Shown one piece after another: positions 39,237 through 49,880 of a stretch of 64,000 nucleotides of DNA. The position numbers and the translations under genes are program-made. The notes beneath the pieces were generated by a model, which was given only the letters and a program-made list of their open reading frames with translations, was not told the DNA's origin and ran no database searches. The stretch's first letter is position 1, and the number at the start of each line of letters is the position of its first letter. Source of the DNA: Marsupella aquatica (lineage: Eukaryota > Plantae > Marchantiophyta); NCBI GenBank assembly GCA_973895155.1, contig OZ316899.1, positions 3,803,455 to 3,867,454 of the forward strand. The letters are read 5' to 3'.

Positions 39237-39568
39237 TGGAAACAAGACACTTTTTTGCGGATTTAGTCTTAGCCAGGGTATGTCAACCTGGGGTCATTCT
39301 TCACCAAACAAACATGAGTATGTTTGTTAGTAGTAAAAGCCACTTTTGGATTGTGAGGTCAAGGTATTGATGAAGGAGTCCTTTTTTTGTCAATCATGGA
39401 AGGCTTTGGAATGTTTATATATTGGGTACAGACTTGGTTACAAGTCCGTGGTGTATTGTTAGTATGTATATACTGGATGACAAGAGGTGGGAGGTGTTGA
39501 TGGTTTTCTGTATTATGAAATCTTTGCAGGGCTATGAGTGGTGCTTAGGGAATCAGAGGTGTTAGAGG

Positions 39569-42250
39569 ATGCCGTCTGCCCAGATATTTGAAGTAGACAC
39601 AGCGTCTGGGGATTGAGTCCCTGTGTCATCTTATAGTTACAAGGATGGGGAAACATTTGCAGATGCCAAGAAGAAGTTGGGTACACAGTTTGATTATGAC
39701 ATCCAATTTATTGATGCCAGTCTTGTCTGTAGAATGCTAGAGAAATGGGAGAAGGTCAATCGGCTGGAAGATTGTGGCGGAAAGATCATTGTCATCCGCA
39801 AGATCACCAACGACCCACCAAATGATCCTGTCCGTAATGGGCCTACTGGGGCGCCACAAGTTCTATTGAGCAGCAATGCCTCTAATGGACCGACATGGCC
39901 AGAGAGTCAAGAATGGATTCATTTTCCCATTACTGAAGAACCTCAGATTCAGGTAGGGACCCAAGTAGAACAGGCAGAACCTGACATCCTAGCCGGGATC
40001 CAGGTAGAACAGGTAGAACAGGAAGAACAGGAAGAACCACATGTTGTTGCGGCACCAGTGCAAGAGGCTGACCCCCACGTTAGGTTTGAGTCAGAATTAA
40101 TGACAAAAGATGTCAAAAGAATCTGGTTGTCAAATGTGAAAAAATTGAAGAGTCACATGGAGTTCATTAAATGTGGTCACCACAAATGGAGGGCCAGCAC
40201 ATGGGACAAAGACAACCGGGTCCGTGGGCAACTTGAATGTTTAGAGTGTGACACTCGTGAGGATGGGTGCTCCAAGGGATTGATGGATAGGACTACCATT
40301 AGTAATGCCTTCACCAACTACAAGAGCAAGCACTTGCGTTTAGCAAAGCATGCATCTCGCGTGGCAGAGACCAGGGGTGAGTGAGTTGACACTAAGGAGA
40401 TTGCCAGGAGGGCTGAAGCAAATACATTGACTGACAGAGCCACAATTGAGCAACATTTGAAAATTGTGGAGAAGGCCAATGAGTCACAAAGAGTCTTGGT
40501 TGGGCGGGAGACGTTTACAGTCATAGGTGATCAGGAGATGGAGCCCTTGCAGCTTCCAAAATTCAAAATTCTTTGCAACTTTTGTATAGACACTCTTACA
40601 TTGGTCCCAAAACAACACAATTTGGAATCCAACCTTCAAACCCGTATTGACAGTGTCATGTTACTTATGTGGCAAGAAGTCAAAAGCCTGCGAGAGGTGA
40701 TCCTGTATTGTCAAGACGACCGGGAAGACCCCGTACTGCAGATGGGAGGGATGTGAAACAAAGGACAATCAATGGGTTTTTGACCCGGAGGTCAAATCCA
40801 AGTGCCTCGAGCAGTTCAGATAGAGGTACCATTGAACCCTTTTCATTGCTGTGTTGGGGACTATGGCGTGATGTGGTCCAAGTTGGTGGTCAGACTAGGC
40901 CAATCAAGGGAATGTTACATGATCCCTTAAGAAATGGAGCAGCGTGGTCCACAGAGCCTGCCGTGAACCAAGAGGTCTTCTGTGTGGATAGTGGTAAGCT
41001 TTGTACCATCATTGGTACATTTAGACATTATGACTGTAGTAGGGTATCAGATGAGGGGCTTGGCTTTGAAGACTTGACATGTGAGAAGTGTTTTAGCATT
41101 ACCACGGAAGAGGACTTTAGAGCACAAGTGCGTAGAGAGTTCAAGGCGCCTGAGAAAAGAGGGACAAGAGGGACTAGTAAGGGTTGTTGGATAGGTTACT
41201 TAACAGTTCCTGAGCTACACATTCAAGCTAGAACGTACAAGAAATGGATCTTGACTATGCAAAGAATAGAGAGAATGCTTTTACATAAAGTGCTAATGAT
41301 GAAGAGTCAGGTCCCGCGTATCAATGAAGTGTGTCTTCACTATCAAGAGCCAAATAAAATGGCAGTATTCAAGTTTTGCCAATCCATAGTTTTGGCACAT
41401 AAAAATGGTGCATTTGGTCGAAGAGGTGCTCTATGGGATATGTTATCAAACATAGCTTCTAACCTAAACAAGAGCAAGGAGGGATATAGGTTTAAGCCAG
41501 GAACAAAGCTTTTGTGCCAGACACTATTCTTGCATGGTGGTCGGCACGTTGTTGATTGCCTTGCGAGTAATGGAATAGGCCCTAGTCTAAACACCCTGCA
41601 ACGTGACAGGCAAGGTATGATAGTATTTTGAGTTGGTGTCCATGTTGAGCAGTTCCAGTTTATTGCTGAGGTGTACTAACAAATCAAAACTCGACTACAT
41701 ATCAGGGCCTATTCCCTGCTATTTGGCAGAGGACGAAACCTGTGTAAAGCGAACAGTCAGGTGCTTTGTTCTTCCTTTCTCTCTTGGGTAATGAAGGTCT
41801 GCCATTCTGTCATTTGAAATTACAGAGTTATGTGTGAGCACTGAATGTAAGGGCACTTCTGCCGTTGCTTGCAGATGGTTGCCAAAACATGATACACTCA
41901 TTGGGTTTTGTGGTCGCAAAGTCAACCATGAATGTAAGGTCGGCCTGGAGGTACCAGTGGGGGAGGGAGAAGGTGGCTTCAACAACATTGTTGACGCTTT
42001 TGGTAATTCCGTTGTAGGGCATCAGGCAAGGTGTATCATAGTGAGTCCCCTGACTGAAGGGTTTCCTCACTTGTGTGTTGTGGCCAGTACGACATGCAAT
42101 ACGTTTGATGCTGCTTGGGTTAGAAGTGGGTGGGTGGAAGTAGAGGACTTGCGGACTACTCATTGCCTTGAGAAAGTGGGTCCTATCTTGGGGCATGCAA
42201 GTGATGGAGATTCTTGAAGGAGGAAGCTCATGTTGCAAGATTATGTAGGG
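39569..42250 (+). pseudogene. P-element/THAP9-like DDE transposase, 3'-truncated, with N-terminal Zn fingers
   Basis: LFLHGG...GPSLNTLQR; CYLAEDETCVK (41726-41740); intron 41761-41874 joins VR|WLPKHDTLIGFCG; GPILGHASDGDS*RRKLM (42191-42230). N-terminal CxxC...H motifs (CLEC...KHL, CNFC...). Confidence 0.65.
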
Positions 42251-42653
42251 AGAGGGATAGCAGGGGGTTTGTACCATGCAAGGAAACAGGAGAAATTGCT
42301 AGCGACATGATCTTTTGTTAGCGAGGGATATGTCATTTTTTGAATGGCATATTTAGTGCCTAGAAATGGGCCTAGAAAGGATTTCACACAACCAAACTAA
42401 GCACTTGTCAAAACTTTCATAATGCACATGGGTTGTAAGCGAGGGCGCTAGCCTTCCATCATACACAAAACTGATCAAAACAAGATAACCAATAAAGATT
42501 ATACTCAAGTTACAGACATTTCCCACTCATCAAAATTGGCTGCCTCGATTACTTTATTGAATCTGAGAGTAAGTTCTCCAGAATGGCTAAAGAGATCAAG
42601 CTTATTCTGCTGCTTCCCATTCAGGGGACACACAAGCAGAATCAAACTTCACA

Positions 42654-45600
42654 CTAATTTGTGGAATGACTTTCATCTGATTCCAAATCATTCCTACTAC
42701 TACTACTGATGTCCTCACTGCTAAACTCCCTATCAGTTGACTCAGCAGACTCGTCCACATATCTCTTCACATGACCCGCCTCAACATCCATGAAAGGAAG
42801 GCTGTACAAATTCCTCCGAGCGCCACGATCTGACCTCCAACCTTTTCCTTCCCAAGTCATAACAAAAGTCTCATCTGCTTCAATTGCAGACTTCTCCGCA
42901 TAACAAGGTAGAGTGAATGATTTCTTAGGCGAGAAGAGAAAAGTGCCCTCAATTTCCTTTCGGAGCCAAAATCTCTCCTCCGAGAACCAATCTACACGCC
43001 GATCACTGTAAGAAGAAAAATCAGCAGCCGATTAATTCAAGGTGGAAAAAACTGACTTAACTTTCTAAACACAGTTGGATTTGGTATGAGACAAGATAAG
43101 TACATTACTCCAGGTCAAATTCATCGTGGTCATCTTTCCCATCCGGAGCAGGAACTTTTGTTCTTCCACCACTCAATCCGGCAAGAGTAAACTCGTCATC
43201 TGAATCCTCGTCCTCCAATGACTCAATACCCATCCCGACAGTGATGTCTTCAATTTTCTTATGACGATCCAGAACCAACTTCAACGACTCCTGCGCAGCA
43301 TCATGGAGAAATTCCCTATCCTCAACCCCTACTACAAACCTCCCGGAGAGTTCCCCCGCTCGGAATGAACTTCCATCTCCAACATTCCAATCTAGCACAA
43401 TGTCTCTTGGCTTTGTCAAAAGCTCCATCACCGCCTGCATGGATCCAACAGATAATCGACAAGACCCTGCAAAAGCTAACTCAGTCCTGACATTGATTTT
43501 CGGGTAACAAAGACTGAGTAACTTCTTATGAGATGCATCCTCGGATGTTGCCATGGGGATGTACTTCGGGTCCTTGGGGATCTTCCCATCAAATTCAGTT
43601 TGACAAAACACATCCAGATTGAGATTGCAAACCTGGAAAAGCAAAAAATATGTCAAATATTGAGGTTGTGAAGGCCAGCGACCTCGCTGGCAAAAAACAC
43701 CTATAATTTAAACCAAAAACTCTTGACATCTCACCTCAACATCAATGTCTGGCATCCACATTGGGCTACTCAACAAAACATGGTACTGGCGAAGATGTTT
43801 GAATTTATTCTTCTGCTCAATGGTAGCAAAAATCTGCTTCATGTGGTTAAATTCTCCACTATGGAGAACAACCACATATCCATCATCGGACAACCTGGGT
43901 CTCATGACTCCGAAGAAGTAATAAGGAAGTTTCTCCATCCAAACATTCCATTCTGGCACCTTCACATCAGTAACACGAGGCCTTAGTCCTGTAGGAAGAG
44001 CAATGAACCCAAGATGGGCACTGGTACCAGTGTAAGGCTTGCCATTGATTCTTAGGGGATTTGGATGTTCTGAAGAACTCAAAATCTCACTCAGCCAGCA
44101 ATCCCCCTCCCCCATCCATGAAGGTTGAACTTTCTTCAAAGCAATTGAGTCTGCTGTGAAACGTAAATTACTCTTGGCAAAGAAATGTCGATTCCCATCC
44201 AGTTGAAGTCCACGTATCCTCATCACACCCTCACTGATCGACCCTTCCTCGTCTTCTGAATCTAATAGCACTTGAACTTTTCTCTTCTTCTTAAGCTTAT
44301 CACCAATTGGTTTTGTCACAATCTCAAAATCTGGAGATTCAGGTTCAATGGGATCCTGTCGCCCACGATTCTGCACGGTCTGGACACTCTCTGAACCAGT
44401 CGACCTTCTCTTTTTTGGAAAACAAAAGAGAACCAAAAACCTCAGAAAATGAGAATTTGCAAAGAAAGGGCTAAACATTAGAAGCCGATTGAGAGTTAGG
44501 ACGATGAGGACACTTACTTCTCCTGCCGGAAACCTGAGAGGTCTCTTTTGACACCTCCTTCACAACATCCTTCTTCAATTTTTTGGAACGGCTTCTATCA
44601 ACAATTGGTGCAACACCAAGGCAAGCCTGCTCCATCGCCTCACACCCGGCCTGCACTGCTTTGAGGCTGGGCATTTTTGATTCAGAAATATAAAACTCTG
44701 GGACTAACCCATGATTTATCTTCTGCAAAGCAAGCTTCTCTGTCCCATCAAATGTCAGAGACCAATTCTTTGAATCTAAGTACCATGGACAGTGTAAAAC
44801 CTCCCATTCACTCATCTTCCGGAGTGGCTCAACGTCCTCACAAGGGTACATTGAGTAGTCGCCACATTTTTGATTTCCTAAATTGTCAGTCACGTATTCG
44901 GCCCACTGGGAGAAACACGCGGGGTAACACCACCAGAATGCTCGATTGGCCACCTCCCGGTCAACAAAAAATTGGTATACATATCTTTTTGCCCTTCTCC
45001 GAAATGCGACAGTATCTATCTTTTCCCCTACTTTTGGGGCCCAAATGCTCTTGAAAAACCTGGATTTAACTCGCTGCAAAAAGTCCTCAAACTCACCACT
45101 AATATCAAGAACAAGTGATGCCTTGTTCTTCTCTGAGGCTGAAAGAACTCAAGATTCAAGGACACTTAGAATCAGTTCTGAAACAGCTTCGGACAAAAGA
45201 GATCTAGCAATCAACTCTACTTGTTCCCACGTAGCCCACCTGTGCAGCCAGAGTTTAGTCTCACTATCTGAGAATTGCCCAGGATGAAAATATTGCTTCC
45301 GTAGCTCGGGCTTGCACTGCGCTTCAAGTAGATTGCAACAAAGCAGTGGGCTGAGAGATGTTACCCCGGTAAAAAGCCTCGCTCGATCAAGACCACATGA
45401 GACATTGCCTCTCCCTTTATCATCAGTCCTTTGTACTTCCTTCTGTTCTTTTTCATAGTAGTTGTGCATCTCCACACATTTTTGAAAGAAATCCCCGAAT
45501 TCGGGATTGAGAAGAGGAGCAATTTTTGGAACTTTAACATTACAATCAGATAGTTGCTCCTTCATCATTTCTCGTAGAGCAGTGTCCTTCGCAGCTTTTG

Positions 45601-46692
45601 ACAAAGGTTCTCCAAGATCCTCCTTGAGAGAAAACTTCTTCTGCAAATCTGTAGTCTGGGAAGCTATATTTGCAGCTGATAGAATGTAAATACAAGCATC
45701 CAGGGTCATATGTTTTGAATACCAGGAGGGTTTCTTCACATTTTGCATCTTTTGTTGGAACAACTTGAAATTGTCTGCATCAATCAAATCCTCGTAGACC
45801 GACAAGTCCGTGTTCAGTATCTTCTAGACACGATCTGCTTCCAGGACCCATGAATTCTCAACGTGGCATTGAGTGAGCCTGCCAATGAACAAAAGTATCA
45901 AAGATGTTTCGAGTACAAATCAGAGATAAGAAAACCCAAAATGTGAAGTGACAGACAGCATTGAATCAATCAGAACAGATCCGATGCTCACCGGTTCAGG
46001 GTATGCATTGCAGATTCAATCTGCACAAACGTGTCTTTCTCCCCTTTGAAAATCTTGGTGACAACACGAGGATGATATTTGATATCATGTGGGTTCTCGA
46101 TGGCCAGCAGATTCCACGAGTACAAACAATGATTACCATAAAAAATGTGAAACATTTTGTCCTTCAATATAGCAAAGTCTGGATGAGAATCGCACTCTCT
46201 CTCAAAATCTTTGTTCTACAACGCCCATATCAGATCCCAACCCATTTGAATGTTGTCATTGATGAACTGAACCTCACCATTCTCGTTCGTCATCTGAACG
46301 TAAAACCTGGGCGCGTCCTCAATGTAACCCTGAGCTCAAAACTCATTCTTGAGCATTTCGATTGCATTGGAATCAGTCTACAACGACCTGACAAGCTGCA
46401 TGTTTCGCATCCTACACAGTGGAATTCGAGGGGGAACAAGGGGATACCCAAATTTGTTTGGCCCAAAGTGGTAGAGGTGACGGTTGATCACCACGGAGAA
46501 CGGTTCCGACTTAGAAGACTCCATCGGTGGTGGCAAAATCTCCATTGGATCAACAAGTTTCCTTCAACGAGGTGTCTTCAAACCCGAAGCTAGTGCCTTG
46601 TTGGTAGTCAAAGACCTTGTCTCTCGACGCTGAGAAGCTGCAGACTGTGAAGCTTGAGAAGAGATAGACTCTGGTGATGCAAAATTTGCCAT
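42654..46692 (-). pseudogene. Spliced gene: ParB/Srx-like plus beta-class N6/N4 methyltransferase fold plus C-terminal domain (copy 2)
   Basis: RIPLCRMRNMQLVRSL...FYVQ...KMFHIFYGNHCLYSW; RLSDDGYVVVLHS; LLTKPRDIVLDWNVGDGSSFRAGELSGRFVVGVEDREFLHDAAQESL. Same four intron positions as copy 1; several TAG/TGA stops. Confidence 0.8.
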
Positions 46693-46764
46693 TGGCTGAT
46701 AAAGAAAATGGAAGGGAGTAACACACGAACAAAGCGTTGCAACGAGTACGGTGACTTCTAATTG

Positions 46765-46901
46765 GTATCCAAAGTCAGATTAGAGGGAGTATCCAAAGTC
46801 TCATTCGAGAGAGTATCCAAAGTAAAGCGAAGGACAACGACCGAGATTAGCAAAGGACCAAGCTGGGAATCCAAAGTTGGATTAGAGGGAGAATCCTAAG
46901 T
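46765..46901. repeat. 24-bp-period array of G(T/A)ATCCAAAGT, 5 cores, upstream of the ParB-MTase gene
   Basis: Cores at 46765, 46789, 46813, 46867 and 46891. Confidence 0.8.
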
Positions 46902-47879
46902 AATCCACATACTGTGAACTGCGTATCTGACATTGACAGGGAATAATCCAACGTCCCTCACAGATGGCAATAAAAAATGCAAGTCTCTTTTAAACAGCAT
47001 CGGTTGAAGTTGGAACGTCATGAATACGCTGAGCAACTAGAATAACCGTAATATTCAGCATTAACCCCCATGCGACGTTCCCTTTAGAGGTTGTTAACGG
47101 GAAACTATCAATTTTAATGTTGACCAACCTTCTATTTTACCGTTGGGTTTTCGTTGGGAAAGACTTATGAGTAAACCATACCCATATATTTCTGGGTCAT
47201 TACAGTTTGAGATTTTAGCCAGCGAGATCGCTATCCAAATGGACATCAGATTTTCAACGGTAATATATTAATACAAAAGAATGTAAACCCTAAATTTTAA
47301 GCGTTTCTGATTCTTATTTAATTTTTAGGGACTCTAAATGCCTTTCCCCAAACCAACATTTGTCTAAAGAAAGTATAAACATTAAAGATGTTAGATGGAA
47401 AATATATTTTCAGTCGTTGTTTCTTGGTCATCCATTATGGGTAGCGAGATTGCTAGCTTAACTAGGGTATTGAATAAGACAACAAAATATTAGGGATATT
47501 GACCTTTACTACATCAAAGAGATAAGATGAATATTGGTGATTTTTGCTAGCAACATCACTGACCTTATAACTAGGGTTTATTTGACAACTTTATGTATTA
47601 GTCATTGACTCAATGGATCCTCTAGAACCGTCTGGATTTTTGCAGGCGAGATCGCTGGCAATACATTCTTTCTGAGTTGAAGGTTTTGGTTTGTGAAGTT
47701 TGACAAAAAGTAGCCTTTAAAATTAATCTTCTATATTTCCTTTGTATTTTCCCCAAAATGAAGGGCTTGACAAAATATTCCTTTATATCGTACCCTACAG
47801 GTCCCTAAATGGTCTCTAAATAGTCTCTAAATGATCTCTCTATATAGAATATGACATGTATAGTGGTTAATCAACAATA

Positions 47880-48404
47880 TCTCCAGATGGTGCTCGAAAG
47901 GATGAATTCATTCCAAGAAGTCTTGATGGAGGAAGAGTTTGGGAGGTCAAGTCTGGAGATATTGTTGAGCTTGTTTCCGGAAAGGATGAAGATCCTGAGT
48001 CATTTGCAGATGTTCCAGGGATCCCTTTCCATGGACAGAATTCTAAGATGATTCATGAACGGGTTTTTGTGGACCTGGACCCTCTAGAGTCTATAGGAAT
48101 TAATAATGAGGTGTCGGTGATGGGGTCAACAATTGTGGTGGACAATTTGAAGGAGGAGGTGGTTGAACCTAAGGCTGTGGGTTCTGATAGATTGACCAAA
48201 GTCTACAGAATTGGTGCATTTGAAGCATTCTTGAAGATTACTGGGGCCAGTGAGCTTCCTAGATTCAGAAGAGATGTTTCATGGGTTGATTTCCAAGTTG
48301 ACCGGCTTCCCACAAGTTACAATGGAGACAAGGTCTATGAGCTTCCTCCGGTGGAATCTAGATTTGGTCAAGGGCAAGGGCTTCTAGACATGGACCGTGA
48401 TAAT
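47880..48404 (+). pseudogene. 5' part of the MULE transposase, copy 2
   Basis: RVWEVKSGDIVELVS and LPTSYNGDKVYELPPVES...MDRDN match RVWDLKCGSVVEIVS and LPTSYNGNCIFELPPVEG...MDRDN of copy 1. Confidence 0.85.
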
Positions 48405-48800
48405 TGTCACGTCGTCAGCCTAGGCCTTAACCCGGGCTTTGGCTTAGACAGGCACATCCTTCGTCAAAATGAGGGTTCGGGCAGGGAGGGATGCACGGAA
48501 TGCACCTAACTCACGTAAACTAGCGCTAAGTACGCCTATGGTCATATACAGACACCTCCTAGGTATGGTTTGTGTTCCACCGCTGGAACGTACCTCAGTC
48601 GATAGCAGGATCAACCCCGGCTTACGGGGTTCTAAGCCTTCGTGTTGTCCACCTTTGATCCAGATTCGATGGTATCCAGATTCGATGGCCCAGCTCCGCA
48701 CTCGCCCGATGAGCTTAGTCCTACACCCTCCCCTTGGTACTCTTTCACTCCCAGAGGTCGGGACTCCCCGCACATACCGCGGATGTCCAACACTGAGACA
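48405..48800 (-). repeat. 3' LTR of element C (396 bp)
   Basis: TGTCAC...GAGACA; on the minus strand it is directly preceded by a polypurine tract (plus strand AAATCCCCCCCCTTGCCTCT from 48801). Confidence 0.9.
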
Positions 48801-49193
48801 AAATCCCCCCCCTTGCCTCTACCGAGGGGTGCACTAAATACTAAGGGCCGAGGAACGGAGTGCCCTTGCGCCCAAAGATTCGCTCACTAAGCTGGCTGTC
48901 AGGCTGGAAAACGGCTTGTCTTATTAGAAGATCCTAATCTACGCAGGTTGTACAGCATGGCAGTGCTGCGCTAACTAGGGCAGGTGCTTGTCCCTATAGC
49001 CTAATTGAGCTATTCCTAACTCTACTCTAATCCTACTCCGCCGCTAGTGCCTGGCACGCTTGCCAGAGCCGCCTGAGTGGGAACGGCTATCCCGCTACCT
49101 TCTGAGCCTGTTGACGTCTTGCTTGAGTAGCTGGACCTGGTCCAGCAGAGATTCGTTTTCCCGCTTCGCCGCGTCTGCCTCTTCCGCGGCCTC

Positions 49194-49862
49194 CTAGCAT
49201 GCCTCCTCCAGTTGTTGGGTGTCGCTCGTCAGCTTGTCCACCAACTGGGCCTGTATTGTGGCTTCTCCTTGAAGCCGTGCCACCTCTACCTTGAGGGCAT
49301 CAATCTTGGCTGTGTCCCGCTGAGACCTGGAGTCAGCTTCCTCTAGATCCTTTTGCCAACTGACGGCTTGCCCCTGCAAACCGTCAATCTTGGTACGGAG
49401 CCGCGCAATCTTGACATCCTTTCCAAGCCCGACCTGTACTGCCAACGCTGCTTGGGCTCTAGCCTCGGCGACCTGGTCCTCCATGGCCGTTACCTAAGGC
49501 CGTAGTTGCTGGAGTTCAGCCTCCAGGGTTGCCACTTCGTCCTTCAGGTAGGCAGACTCAACCCAATATCGCTCTATTCTCTACGCGGTCTCTGCCTGCG
49601 CATGTCCTACCCTTACTGCCGCAATCAACTCCTGGTTGAAGAAGTAGGCCACCCTCCAGGCCATGTATTCCCCGGTGTCCCAAGAGATCTGTTGCGAGAA
49701 ATCTCCCAACAACCCATTCAAAAATGTGCCCGACGCAAAGAGTTCTGGATGGTCTAGACTGTGTCCTTTGGGATTCGGGCACGGGCAGACTCCAACCCGT
49801 GCGGGAGTAGGAGTGGACACATCCAGCCCTTGAGGTAAGTCGGTCAAAGGGGCTGGTTCCAC
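49194..49862 (-). pseudogene. Coiled-coil accessory ORF pieces of element C
   Basis: ORFs 49581-49862, 49558-49782 and 49194-49484; heptad-rich. Confidence 0.55.
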
Positions 49863-49880
49863 TAGAGGTGGGTGGTTCTC

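Larger units (their letters stand above)
42290..48404. mobile_element. Mutator-like element, unit 2 (cut at 48404 by Gypsy C)
   Basis: Same head-to-head gene pair as unit 1; the transposase stops at MDRDN exactly where the LTR begins. Confidence 0.75.

Noticed and set aside
39569-42250. KDZ/Plavaka or hAT assignment for this transposase
   Set aside because: No CxC domains or hAT signatures were seen; motif spacing fits P-like better, pending a profile search.
42654-43035. Chromodomain in the C-terminal exon (TWE motif)
   Set aside because: The spacing to a YxVKW-type motif is absent; kept only as an unassigned domain.
45961-46593. 210-aa plus-strand ORF
   Set aside because: Antisense shadow of the ParB exon; the minus frame is the one conserved with copy 1.
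32900-46700. Endogenous giant virus or bacterial HGT island
   Set aside because: Spliceosomal introns are present; no capsid, PolB, packaging ATPase or operon structure was seen; the neighbours are transposases.
15350-48404. Long TIRs or 9-bp TSD for the MULE units
   Set aside because: Searched by eye and none found; the ends are truncated or the family lacks TIRs, so no boundary is claimed.
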